Source: Nitrosopumilaceae archaeon
GTDB taxonomy: Archaea > Thermoproteota > Nitrososphaeria > Nitrososphaerales > Nitrosopumilaceae
Assembly: GCA_965207375.1 (NCBI GenBank)
Contig: OZ242274.1
Coordinates: 576,001-640,000 of the forward strand
Length of the DNA: 64,000 bases
Direction of reading: 5' to 3'
Shown here in pieces: positions 8,946 through 19,073 of the stretch. The translations under genes and the position numbers were made by a program. Every line of letters starts with the position of its first letter. Within the stretch, counting starts at the first letter, position 1. The notes beneath the pieces are model-generated. The model saw only the letters and a list, made by a program, of their open reading frames with translations, searched no databases and was not told the DNA's origin.

Positions 8946-9755
8946 TTATTCGGTGACTCTTATTGAAGCATACACCTTATTTCCAGAATCTGACTCTGTT
9001 GAAGTACATACAGTCCATGTGTTTTTTTTGTTGTTGTATCCAAAGTTCCACAAATTGTCATCATAGCAACTGTCAACCCAACTGTTCCCACTCTTTATTG
9101 AGACCCAGCTGTCTGTAGTCACTTCATTCACCGGAGGATGCCCACCCTTATACTGCGTACTTTGATAAGCCGAAAGCCATCCCGGATATGCATGTGATGG
9201 GAGAGTTACGGAAGGGAATGATTTTAGGTCGCCTGAGTTGCTGTTATAATTCATCCAACTGGACATGCACACCAACAGGCCATTCTGACACCAATATTTG
9301 TACTGCGCTCCTACCCTCCAATCATAAGATTGGTGTGAGACATTGGTTACTTTGTCATCTACCTCTTGCTGTCGAAAGCTCTCGAGAAGATTGTCCCACA
9401 TCTCAGGGTTTTCCTCATACAGGTGACGTGGGACTACGCCCGCCTTTAGCATCTCAGATATCATGCTGTTAAGTTTAGATTGCAGCTGCTCCTTTACGGA
9501 TGGATCGGTGGCATCTTCAATTTGCTTAAGAAGGTCGCCCGCCGTTCTGCTTACAGTTTCCTGGTTTGCAGGTAGTGGCATATCGATGGCATCGGTATTC
9601 AGGTTTGATTCTATCTGGCTCTTTATGTCTGCTGGCACATCGGTGTCAGGAAAGAGCTGATCATACAGGCTTTCGGTAGCAATTGCGGATGTAGGTATGA
9701 TGACAGCAACTACCAACAGCATAGAGACGTATAGAACTGTTGTAGTTTTAGTCAT
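8946..9755 (-). CDS. Secreted hypothetical protein (likely start ATG 9755)
   Basis: MTKTTTVLYVSMLLVVAVIIPTSAIA signal peptide, helical middle region, Trp/Cys-rich C-terminal domain. Confidence 0.65.
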   Translation of the reverse strand: MTKTTTVLYVSMLLVVAVIIPTSAIATESLYDQLFPDTDVPADIKSQIESNLNTDAIDMPLPANQETVSRTAGDLLKQIEDATDPSVKEQLQSKLNSMISEMLKAGVVPRHLYEENPEMWDNLLESFRQQEVDDKVTNVSHQSYDWRVGAQYKYWCQNGLLVCMSSWMNYNSNSGDLKSFPSVTLPSHAYPGWLSAYQSTQYKGGHPPVNEVTTDSWVSIKSGNSWVDSCYDDNLWNFGYNNKKNTWTVCTSTESDSGNKVYASIRVTE

Positions 9756-9874
9756 TACATACTCTCCCACTTGTGTTATATAAGCAGATATATCCAAATC
9801 TGGAGTGCCTTTTTGGTTGAGGATTATTAGATTCACGCCATGCGGGCCGTGTCTGCCCGTAATTCCAGATATAC

Positions 9875-10372
9875 TTGTACTCTGCAACGTTTTATGCCAA
9901 AACATATCCATCACGGCGTCCCCACCTCAAGGAATACGACATGCAGTACGGGAACCTCATGTCGTACAAGCACTACATGAGGCCCGAGGCATACAGGCTG
10001 TATGGCAGCTCCTCAAAGCATAAAACTAGGTACCAGAAGGGAATGCAAGAGATCCTGCGAGTCATGTTTGAGAACGGGCCGTGCACCACGTGGGCATCGC
10101 CAAGCCCAGACTCTGCACCAAGGACGTCTCGCCGATCAGGGCAAAGGAGAAGGAATACAGGCGGCATACTTGACCTAGGCCTGGTTGTCAGGGAGAATGC
10201 CGGGCAGTACAGCAAGTACCGACTCTCACTGCACGGCATACTGTACTGCATCTACGTGTTGAACCCCCTGATGTCAATTTTGACCATATGGCTAAAACAT
10301 ACGTCAGCGTGTTTCCTAGAGTGTTTGACAGGTGGGGAGGGGGTGATCAAATCGGTCACAGGTGTTATGTAA
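9875..10372 (+). pseudogene. Frameshifted thaumarchaeal winged-helix-like hypothetical gene
   Basis: NGPCTTW...GILDLGLVV...KYRLSLHGILYC fragments joined by implausible sequence; visibly GC-richer than the flanks. Confidence 0.45.
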
Positions 10373-10425
10373 CTAGGCTGAAGCTTCAAAAAGCAAAACA
10401 ATTACGATTATTTCTAATCATAGAT

Positions 10426-10483
10426 GGTTTTAGGCACAAGTTTGCAATGCCATAAAAAATCTAGGCAGGACGATAACAATTAC
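10426..10483 (-). repeat. Solo left end of IS66 family B (empty IS1111 target site)
   Basis: Revcomp reads GTAATTGTTATCGTC-C-TG-CCTAG-ATTTTT. Confidence 0.75.
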
Positions 10484-10518
10484 AATGTTTTTAATATACA
10501 TTCTCTAAAATCATACCT

Positions 10519-11127
10519 ATGAAATTAACTGCAATCTGTATATTGTTTCTAATAACGCTTGTACCTCTAGTCTCTGCGCACCAAATTGACTCTGTAGGTC
10601 AATATAGAATCCAAATAGGTTGGATGCAGGAACCTGCAGTTTCTGGAGAATCAAACGGAATAGAATTGTATGTTAGTCCATTAAATGCCAATCTAGCCCC
10701 TGAAGAGCAGCCATTTAAGGATGGAATATCCGGACTATACAAGGATCTTAAAATCCAGCTTATCCTAAGGGGAGAAACAATTACTTTACCACTAAGGGCA
10801 GATCATAATATACCTGGAAAATATTTTACTCTGGTTGAACCAACAGTTGCCGGATATTATCAGGTCAACATTTTGGGCAATATTGGAGACACAATAGTAA
10901 GCAAATCCCTTCATGCTCCAAAAGTAGAAAATAAAACGTACCTGCAATTTCCACAGCTTCCATCTGATGATATCATACAAGAACATGAGACCTTTAAAGA
11001 CAAAATAATCCAGATGGAAAATTCAATTCAGAAATTAGAATCAACCCAGGCCTATTCAAATGTGGGATATGTCGGAATTGCAGTAGGTATTGTAGCCATT
11101 GTAATTGCTTTGATCAGACGTAAATAA
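10519..11127 (+). CDS. Secreted, C-terminally anchored hypothetical protein
   Basis: Signal peptide followed by His, IGWxxEP motif, coiled coil, C-terminal TM helix plus RRK. Confidence 0.75.
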   Translation: MKLTAICILFLITLVPLVSAHQIDSVGQYRIQIGWMQEPAVSGESNGIELYVSPLNANLAPEEQPFKDGISGLYKDLKIQLILRGETITLPLRADHNIPGKYFTLVEPTVAGYYQVNILGNIGDTIVSKSLHAPKVENKTYLQFPQLPSDDIIQEHETFKDKIIQMENSIQKLESTQAYSNVGYVGIAVGIVAIVIALIRRK

Positions 11128-12657
11128 TTACACCACAATTATCCCATTAGATATCAAAAACTCTATACCGCCAACAAACTCCTCATCAGAGATCAGTCCC
11201 TCTGACCACCAGCCCGCATTGCTCCTAACCCAGTCCGGTATGGTACTGCTGCTGCCAGCCGCATCTACACTCGACACTATTATGATATTTTGTTTTATCA
11301 AAAACTCTATACCACCAACAAACTCCTCATCAGAGATCAGTCCCTCTGACCACCAGCCCGCATTGCTCCTAACCCAGTCCGGTATGTCAGTTTCAGCATG
11401 GTACTGTACCCTGTCTATCACAATTGGTAGCTTTGCTGCTGCCAAAGAATTTCCAGCCAAATTTTCAAAATGAACATAAATTATACCCGTTACGTCTTTT
11501 GGAATGTTAATTTTTACAGAATCCCATTTTCCAACTTTATCGTTGCTTACACCGTTGCCCCGGAAAAGCATTTTTTCATTTTGAACTACATACATATCAT
11601 AATCAATCCCTATTGGCATGTCTTTTAGGAATACGTCTACGAATTTGTATAAAATCTCTAGTTCCTGACCCGATTTACCCTCTATAGTTTTCATGATAAT
11701 CTTGAACTGTCCATTTTTTGTAACTATCGAGAGGGGCAAGTCCTTTGCAGACGGACCTATGACAAAATCAAGCTGAGACTGCGCAATCTTGTTTTGATTG
11801 TATATCTCTAGTATGTTCTTTTGTGTCATGGTCAAATGTATCGTACGAATATTCTCTGTAAAGTCATCTATCTGAATTACCTCTTCAGGCATCAGCATTC
11901 CGTTTACCGTTGCAGACATCTCAGAGGTCATCAAATCGCCAAAATCCTTTGAAATTATAATTTCCTCATGCACTATTGATGTCTGATTTATGGCATCAAT
12001 CGATGTATCAAATGGCATACTAAAGGAAATCTCTCTGGATTTCTGATCATATTGCAAATCCTTGATTATGTCATAATATGATATATGCCTGATCTCTTGC
12101 ATCCCAAAATTTGCATCATTTACTGCATATTCTGTGATATCTGCCAAAGAGATTCCGGCATTCCATGTTAACGGAGGGTTTAGCTTGTTTGAATAACTTT
12201 CTGCAGTAATGACACTGATTTGAAACTGGTATAATCCTCCGTAATCAAAATACGGACCTGACACCCTGACTGCGCCTTTGTCCCCAAAGATAAATCCAAA
12301 CACCTCTGATTCTTTTTCTACAACAATGTGGTCACCTGAATTTATCAAATCAATTCTCAGCGTTCCAGAATCACTCTCAAATGTTTCATCAAAAAGCAAC
12401 TGATTCTGTTTTGATGCCTTGATGTGCCAGGTCACATCCTTTATTGGCTCACCTGTTTTCATATTTGACATTTGAAAAGTAAATTGTTGATCAATGTCTG
12501 AATCTGCAACAGTTACTGCATTTATCTCAACTAATACCTGCTTGTCTCCTAAATTCTTGGCAGGCAGTGTTTCTGAGCCTATTCCGTGCCCATCTGCCTC
12601 GCAGGCAACACCCAACGATACTAGTACCAACAAAATCATTGAAACTTTTAAAATCAA
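11128..12657 (-). CDS. Secreted protein with two C-terminal IPxWxxxxAGWW repeats typical of Nitrosopumilaceae
   Basis: Signal peptide; IPDWVRSNAGWWSEGLISDEEFVGGIEFLI occurs twice. Confidence 0.85.
   Translation of the reverse strand: MILKVSMILLVLVSLGVACEADGHGIGSETLPAKNLGDKQVLVEINAVTVADSDIDQQFTFQMSNMKTGEPIKDVTWHIKASKQNQLLFDETFESDSGTLRIDLINSGDHIVVEKESEVFGFIFGDKGAVRVSGPYFDYGGLYQFQISVITAESYSNKLNPPLTWNAGISLADITEYAVNDANFGMQEIRHISYYDIIKDLQYDQKSREISFSMPFDTSIDAINQTSIVHEEIIISKDFGDLMTSEMSATVNGMLMPEEVIQIDDFTENIRTIHLTMTQKNILEIYNQNKIAQSQLDFVIGPSAKDLPLSIVTKNGQFKIIMKTIEGKSGQELEILYKFVDVFLKDMPIGIDYDMYVVQNEKMLFRGNGVSNDKVGKWDSVKINIPKDVTGIIYVHFENLAGNSLAAAKLPIVIDRVQYHAETDIPDWVRSNAGWWSEGLISDEEFVGGIEFLIKQNIIIVSSVDAAGSSSTIPDWVRSNAGWWSEGLISDEEFVGGIEFLISNGIIVV
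11152..11386. repeat. 91-bp direct repeat, period 144 bp
   Basis: 11152-11242 vs 11296-11386, one mismatch seen. Confidence 0.9.
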
Positions 12658-12659
12658 TA

Positions 12660-13607
12660 TTATTTGGCATCCGGCCTTCTCTTTTTAGAGTTTTGTGCCC
12701 TCCTAATCAACAGAGACAGCGTTGCACCTGCAGGAATTCCAATTATTGTTCCAAGACTTACATACGGTGCTATGAAGAAATTACCAATCCAAAGCCCGCC
12801 ATCTGTAGTTATCTCCATAAATGTTCGTGGACGTAATACTAGATGTACAGTTTTAGATTCTGTCTTTTCCTCATCTAGATGATCCTTGTATGTTATGATC
12901 ACCTCAAATGGCAGATTATATTGAGAATTAATTTCCTCTGTTGGAGTAATTATTTCAGATCTAAGCTTTACTGTAGTTGCTTTTTCTATGCTAGAAAACG
13001 TGTGTAGCGTCTGGCCCCTGAACTCAATATCTCTTGGCGGTATAATTTTCACATTTACGTCATATAGATCAATGTCTTGTGATGATATTTCCAGCTCAAA
13101 GGGAAATTCTGCATTGGTAAAAATTGATCCAGGCGTAATGGTGTGAATCTGTATTGTGGGTTGATTCTTGATAATTATTGGTATTGCTATATTAGTTTGA
13201 AATGGTTCTAATGGCCTCTGGTTGTCTTGCACTAAAACCTGCGAATAAGCTATGTTTAGAAAATGCGTACTCTTATTTTCTGCTGATGCATCAAAATCAA
13301 TTGTAGCTCCATAGGAACCCCCTTCTGCTATCCTTTCAATTGTGAGGTCGTTTTGTGATGGAACCAATGACGAAACCAAATCAAATTCAAATCGTATATC
13401 CTGTTTGTCCTCCCATCCCTTATTTTCTACAAGTATTGAAATTGAAAATTTCTGCTCAGATACCACCGATTCAGGATATATTATTGAAACATCTACTCCT
13501 CCATCCATTGTTTGCCTAAATGTTTCGGCGTAAATACCGTGTATCGCACCTGCCATGAAAATGGCCAGCATTAAAAGGTACAAAGGAATCACATCAATAA
13601 TTCTCAT
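12660..13607 (-). CDS. COG1361-like surface/S-layer domain protein
   Basis: Signal peptide, two Ig-like beta-rich modules (ISILVENKG, FEVIITYKD), C-terminal TM helix and basic tail. Confidence 0.65.
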   Translation of the reverse strand: MRIIDVIPLYLLMLAIFMAGAIHGIYAETFRQTMDGGVDVSIIYPESVVSEQKFSISILVENKGWEDKQDIRFEFDLVSSLVPSQNDLTIERIAEGGSYGATIDFDASAENKSTHFLNIAYSQVLVQDNQRPLEPFQTNIAIPIIIKNQPTIQIHTITPGSIFTNAEFPFELEISSQDIDLYDVNVKIIPPRDIEFRGQTLHTFSSIEKATTVKLRSEIITPTEEINSQYNLPFEVIITYKDHLDEEKTESKTVHLVLRPRTFMEITTDGGLWIGNFFIAPYVSLGTIIGIPAGATLSLLIRRAQNSKKRRPDAK

Positions 13608-13735
13608 TTATCGCTAAAGAAGTCTTTGATGCCTTTTTTTGGCAAAAATGGTATAAAAACGGCAGATGTGCCTAAAAATCATATTAAAAAAGTTATTGAT
13701 TAATAAATAGTAGGGTTCACTTTATAAAATCGACA

Positions 13736-14650
13736 ATGGTAACAAAAACATCTAATCCAAAAGAATTGTGCCCTCGCTGTGCAAAAGGCAAGCTCGTTAC
13801 TGACAACGAATCTGGTGAAATGTTTTGCTCTAAATGTGGATTTGTTCTATCTGAAAAAATCCAAGAATCTGGTCCAGAATGGAGATCATTTACACAAGAT
13901 GAGCACGGTGACAGAGCAAGAGCAGGTGCTCCTACATCGCTTACAATGCACGATATGGGACTTGCAACAATTATCAATCCTGTAAACAAGGACGCATCAG
14001 GAAGACCATTGACTGCTTCAATGAAAAGTACTATTGAGCGTCTGAGAACATGGGACAGCAGGAGTCAAGTTCATGAACCAGTTGACAGAAACTTTAGACA
14101 AGCATTTAGCGAATTGAATAGACTAAAAGACAAACTAGCTATTTCTGATGCTGTAATTGAAAAGGCAGCCTACATATATCGAAAGGCGCTTGACAAGGGC
14201 CTTGTTAGAGGAAGATCAATATCTGCCCTGATGGCATCTGCCTTGTATGCTGCATGTAGAGATACGGCAACACCAAGAAATCTAAAAGACGTAGAACAAG
14301 CTGCCAACATCAAAAGAAAAGATATTGCAAGGTGTTACAGACTTTTAGTAAAAGAACTAGATCTGAAAATGCCAGTCACTGATTCAATTCAATGTGTAGC
14401 CAGAATTGCAAGCAGAATCGGAATTGCTGAAAAAACAAAAAGATACGCAATCAAGGTTCTAAAGTCTGCACAAGAAAACGAGGTATCTGCAGGCAAAGAT
14501 CCAATGGGTCTAGCAGCTGCGGCACTGTATTTGTCCTGTGTAAAAAACGGAGAGGACAAGACTCAGCGTGACATTGCAGAAGCTGCCAATGTAACTGAGG
14601 TCACAATCAGAAACCGATACAAGGGATTAAAAGACTCTCTAAACATCTAA
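13736..14650 (+). CDS. tfb: Transcription initiation factor IIB
   Basis: CPRC...CSKCG zinc ribbon, GPEWRSF, two cyclin folds, VTEVTIRNRY. Confidence 0.97.
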   Translation: MVTKTSNPKELCPRCAKGKLVTDNESGEMFCSKCGFVLSEKIQESGPEWRSFTQDEHGDRARAGAPTSLTMHDMGLATIINPVNKDASGRPLTASMKSTIERLRTWDSRSQVHEPVDRNFRQAFSELNRLKDKLAISDAVIEKAAYIYRKALDKGLVRGRSISALMASALYAACRDTATPRNLKDVEQAANIKRKDIARCYRLLVKELDLKMPVTDSIQCVARIASRIGIAEKTKRYAIKVLKSAQENEVSAGKDPMGLAAAALYLSCVKNGEDKTQRDIAEAANVTEVTIRNRYKGLKDSLNI

Positions 14651-14656
14651 ACACCC

Positions 14657-14663
14657 TTTTTTT
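14657..14663 (+). terminator. Oligo-T terminator after tfb
   Basis: T7 run 6 bp after the stop codon, between convergent genes. Confidence 0.5.
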
Positions 14664-14686
14664 GTTCACAGTATCTTGTACCAAAA

Positions 14687-16087
14687 TCATTGCGAATCTT
14701 TAGGTTTTTGCACAAATCCGCCCTCCTGACTTTCAGGTGCAGAAATCTTCTTTGCCCTGCCAAGACCTATTGTAGTCATTATTACAGATGACAAAATTAT
14801 AAAGAAAATAATCTCTGGATAGGCCTGAGCGTTTGGCAATCCATAAGTGATGGGCAGCGTAGCTAAGACTGCAGCTGCCAATCCTCGTGGAATCATTGTT
14901 CCTGTAACACTTTTGTCCAATTTTGAAAATCTCTTTGTTAGTGTGGTTTTTACTACCGTGACTCTTCCTATGTAAATTGCTATGGTGGCTAGTATGCCAA
15001 ATACAATGTATTCTATTTGGCCAAAACTTGCCAACAATCCTACAAACACAAAGAAAAATGATCTTACTAGAAATGTTAGCTGACTGTGCATAGAATCATC
15101 ACCTTGAATTCTTGGCAGCTTGAACTTGAGATATCGTGAAAAATGTTGCTTGTTTCCCAACATTAATCCAAACACTAGGGCTGTTAGAGCACCTGATTCT
15201 CCCAGCGTGTTTGCTAAAAAGAACAGTACGAACAAAATTCCCAACGTTAACATGTATGCATGCTGTGCATTTCCCAGCTTTGTTGTGACATACATCCACG
15301 GTATTCCAACACCAAATCCTAGAATCAATCCTACTATTACAGCGCGGCCTATGGTCTCTCCTAGTAAATTGATATCAAACTGATTTGTTAAAATTGCCTC
15401 AAATAAAATAAATGCAATAATTGTTGCTAAAATATCTGTCACGGCTGATTCAAAGCTCAGCATCGATTTTGTTTCTTCAGAAATTCTAAGATTTCTAACA
15501 AGACCAAACACGATTACTGAGCTGCTTCCTCCGACAATTACTGACAATAAAATACTGTCTAGCCACTGCCATCCCAACCCATAATGGGCAAACAGCGTCA
15601 CTATAGTTACAGATACTGCAAATCCTACAAATGCCAAAATAGATGCAAAATGCACCGTTTTTGCAATATGTTTGAAATCTAGATTCAATCCCCCATCGAA
15701 CATAATTATAATTAGTGCTATTGCTGCAAAAAATGGAACAATTTGAATTACAACTTCGGCCTGAATTATTCCTAAAAGCGGACCTATGATCACTCCAAGA
15801 ATCATTAAAAATGCAATATCTGGAATACCGGTTTTCTTAAAAAACGCCTCACCTGCAACCCCCAAGAAAATTACCACACCTGCTGCCAGCAACACCACAT
15901 GCGCATCTGCAATCGGGGCAGTCTCTGATGATAATCCCACAATTGCATTTTGTAAATCACCAAATCCGCTAAACAAGGAATTAGATTCTAATCCCTTGAT
16001 GTCTAGTGGCAGCTCATTTTGTTCAAAGTATGCCCTGATAACATCAAGCAGGCTATATAGCACCGGTATCATTGATTCAATTTTCAT
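14687..16087 (-). CDS. CPA1/NhaP-type cation:proton antiporter
   Basis: About 12 TM helices, IMFDGGL, FESAVTD, FFFVFVG and PRGLAAAVLA motifs. Confidence 0.9.
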   Translation of the reverse strand: MKIESMIPVLYSLLDVIRAYFEQNELPLDIKGLESNSLFSGFGDLQNAIVGLSSETAPIADAHVVLLAAGVVIFLGVAGEAFFKKTGIPDIAFLMILGVIIGPLLGIIQAEVVIQIVPFFAAIALIIIMFDGGLNLDFKHIAKTVHFASILAFVGFAVSVTIVTLFAHYGLGWQWLDSILLSVIVGGSSSVIVFGLVRNLRISEETKSMLSFESAVTDILATIIAFILFEAILTNQFDINLLGETIGRAVIVGLILGFGVGIPWMYVTTKLGNAQHAYMLTLGILFVLFFLANTLGESGALTALVFGLMLGNKQHFSRYLKFKLPRIQGDDSMHSQLTFLVRSFFFVFVGLLASFGQIEYIVFGILATIAIYIGRVTVVKTTLTKRFSKLDKSVTGTMIPRGLAAAVLATLPITYGLPNAQAYPEIIFFIILSSVIMTTIGLGRAKKISAPESQEGGFVQKPKDSQ

Positions 16088-16318
16088 TACTATGGATAAA
16101 AGGCAATGCTGTCAAGTCCTATTCACCAAATTACACAGTAAATAGCAGCAGATTACTCAAAATATCTATACCTAGATTGATGTCCTGCTTGCTCCCTGTA
16201 TATCCTTACTCCAAAACGTGCGTCTTGATTACAGGTACAGATCTTTTTATTTTTGTAGAAAAGACACTCTGGTATGTTGCAGTGAATAGTAATTAACGCC
16301 TAAAACACTATACATTTC

Positions 16319-16867
16319 ATGAGTGGTACAGAAACACTTCGAAATGATCACAGGCAAATTAGAAGACTGCAAAAAGTCATTTTCCGATGTTACACATACC
16401 TGCATGGAGGTAGAAACATTCCCTTTTCTGATATGGATAAAATTACTCTGATAATATCTGAATTCTTAGATTCTATTCACTATGAACGTGAGGAAAACTC
16501 GTATTTTGCATGTGTTGCAGGTTACGACAGTCTAAATGAGGAAATTAGAAGGTTCATGATTGAACATGAGTTTGGTAGGCGAGTTGCAAGTAAAATTGCC
16601 AAACACCTCCAAGAGTGGAAATCAGGTAAAGATGCAAGAGAACCTGTGGCCAGATTCATGAAGACATATCATGTTTATCTCGAGGACCATCTTGGAAAAG
16701 AGGACAAATTTTTTGACGAGGCACAAAATAATGTGTTATCCTCTGAAGAGGAGACTGAACTATATCAACAATTCCGTTCCGTAATGACTGAAACTAGAAC
16801 AATACAACAAATGATACAAGAGATTGAATTTTTAGAAGATCAACCTTGGTACAAAGATAAATTATGA
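16319..16867 (+). CDS. Hemerythrin/HHE cation-binding domain protein
   Basis: DH..., HYEREE..YF, EHE and HLGKED motifs. Confidence 0.85.
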   Translation: MSGTETLRNDHRQIRRLQKVIFRCYTYLHGGRNIPFSDMDKITLIISEFLDSIHYEREENSYFACVAGYDSLNEEIRRFMIEHEFGRRVASKIAKHLQEWKSGKDAREPVARFMKTYHVYLEDHLGKEDKFFDEAQNNVLSSEEETELYQQFRSVMTETRTIQQMIQEIEFLEDQPWYKDKL

Positions 16868-16909
16868 TCGCAAGCTCTTTTAAGCGGTTTTATTTCATCA
16901 TGAATTGAA

Positions 16910-17422
16910 ATGAGCTTTGTACTCTGGATGACGGGCCTGCCATGTTCTGGAAAAACAACAATTTTGAGAAAATTACAACAAAAAATTCCCAATTTGGCAA
17001 TGTTAGACGGAGATGAATTAAGAGAGTGGCTGTCTCCAAAGGATTTTTCCAAGGAAGGCAGGGATGAGCACAACAACAAAGTTGCACATCTTGCAAAGCT
17101 GCTTCTCAAACACAAGGTTCCCGTAGGCGTCTCACTTGTCAGTCCATATGTTGAAAATCGTACTAATGCACGAAAGGTAATTGATGCAGGACAACAATTT
17201 TCAGAAATTTACGTAAAATGTTCCCTAGATCAATGTGAATCACGTGATGTTAAAGGAATGTACAAAAAGGCAAGGGCAGGACAAATCAAGAACTTTACCG
17301 GATTAGATGATCCTTACGAAGCTCCTCAAAACCCCGACTTTGTAGTTGACACTGAAAAAGAATCACTTGATGAAAGTGTGGATAAAATCCTAGATTATCT
17401 CAAATCCCAGAATCTACTTTAA
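16910..17422 (+). CDS. cysC: Adenylyl-sulfate kinase
   Basis: GLPCSGKTT P-loop, LDGD, RDVKGMYKKA, NFTGLDDPYEAP. Confidence 0.95.
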   Translation: MSFVLWMTGLPCSGKTTILRKLQQKIPNLAMLDGDELREWLSPKDFSKEGRDEHNNKVAHLAKLLLKHKVPVGVSLVSPYVENRTNARKVIDAGQQFSEIYVKCSLDQCESRDVKGMYKKARAGQIKNFTGLDDPYEAPQNPDFVVDTEKESLDESVDKILDYLKSQNLL

Positions 17423-18232
17423 TTTTTTATATTTTTTTATGATGATATCGTGAATAACTCCGTTACTTGCTACAATGCCATTTTGATGGTTTACAATTTC
17501 GTTATTATACGTTAGATTGTTTCCCAAAGTATCCGTCATTTTGCCTCCTGCCTCTGTAATTATACAGTAGGATGCACAGGTATCCCATTCTTTTATCTTG
17601 TCTGTTGTTGTAATGTATATCTCTGCTGCGCCCTCGCTGATTTTTGCAACCTTTAGGGAACTTCCGACACTTGCAAATTCTTTAACCTTTAATTTTTCAA
17701 ACATTGCCTTTTCATGTTCCGATAAATGATTACGGCTACCAATTGCCCTGCAATTTTTCAAATTCTTTTCATTGGTTACATGAATCTGTGTCCATGTCTC
17801 ATTAGAATATCTAAATGCACCAGAATTTTTTTGTGCCATAAACAATGTATTTCCTACAGGCCAAAATATAACACCTAAAACGGGAACTGATCTTTTCACC
17901 AGTGCAATCATAATTGTAAATTCTCCAGTACGTTTTACAAAATCCGACGTTCCATCCAATGGATCAACAACCCATACATATTCTTGTTCCAATCTGCTTT
18001 TCTCGTCTTTGTCCTCTTCAGAAAGAATCCAATGATTGGATTTTTTCAATATTTCTTTGATTGTGTTGTTACTTTTGATATCTGCCTCTGTAATTGGCGA
18101 ATTATCTTTCTTTATTTGTGTGGAGAATTTACTTGAATACACATCCATCACATCTTTTCCGGCCTCCAATGCGGCTTTAATAGCATATTTTAATTCTGGT
18201 TTTGGATTGACAATTGGCAAAATATCAATCAT
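17414..18232 (-). CDS. cysQ: 3'(2'),5'-bisphosphate nucleotidase CysQ
   Basis: SPITEAD, LSEE, WVVDPLDGT, GSSLK and EWDTCA motifs; adjacent to cysC. Confidence 0.9.
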   Translation of the reverse strand: MIDILPIVNPKPELKYAIKAALEAGKDVMDVYSSKFSTQIKKDNSPITEADIKSNNTIKEILKKSNHWILSEEDKDEKSRLEQEYVWVVDPLDGTSDFVKRTGEFTIMIALVKRSVPVLGVIFWPVGNTLFMAQKNSGAFRYSNETWTQIHVTNEKNLKNCRAIGSRNHLSEHEKAMFEKLKVKEFASVGSSLKVAKISEGAAEIYITTTDKIKEWDTCASYCIITEAGGKMTDTLGNNLTYNNEIVNHQNGIVASNGVIHDIIIKKYKKLK

Positions 18233-18446
18233 GACTCTCTCTAGTCAACTCCGGTTTGAGTGTCCATACTATACCTAACACTACAAATGGAATTGACATT
18301 ATCCCTATAATTCCTAAAATTGTGTAAAATTGTTTTTCTGGAACAGCTGGATTGTTAATTAAAACCGGCAGCGGCAGTGTGATTACAAACCAAATAATTG
18401 CTAGCAATATGAGCATCCTGGCTTTTTTCTTTTGCTCCGGTTTCAT
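18225..18446 (-). CDS. Small two-TM membrane protein
   Basis: ORF with two hydrophobic helices overlapping the cysQ start; ATG 18446 chosen. Confidence 0.6.
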   Translation of the reverse strand: MKPEQKKKARMLILLAIIWFVITLPLPVLINNPAVPEKQFYTILGIIGIMSIPFVVLGIVWTLKPELTRESHD

Positions 18447-19073
18447 GATTTTTTCCAATTTTTAGACTATTAATTTGATGTGAATTATTTGGAACAGGAT
18501 TTTTCAGCCTACCGCATATGTAAAATTTGAATCGCATCAAGCCAAACCGTGCACATACGAGATTGGAATTGAATACCTAGTTCTGTTACAAATCGTGTTT
18601 ATACCATGTTATTTTGAGAGTACTTGTTCACGTAAGAACTAATTTGTACCTAGATGATGTAATGATTGAAAAATTAGACAAAGGTGAACAAGTACGATCA
18701 CCGATGAAATAACAAAGATGACACCGTACGAAAAGGTATCAGATACTCTATGACACACTCAATACCGAAAAAATCAATCTAGCGCATGATGAGAATTTAG
18801 ATAGCACTTTAGGATGCTAATTCTAAAATATCTTCAATCTGCGTATTTTTCATAAAATATGAATTTTAAACAAAATAATTCCAAAAAACCTAATATTTTA
18901 TTGTAAAATATCATGTTAAATGTTAAATAGCTAAATATTATATAAGAAATAATGCCGAAGGATATAATTCCTATCGACTAAAATTGCGTGATCCCGCAGA
19001 ACAAATGAATGTAGACATTGTGTCTGAGGAGAGGAAATCTCTCAAGGTTCTGCAGAAAAGGGGTCACGCCTAA

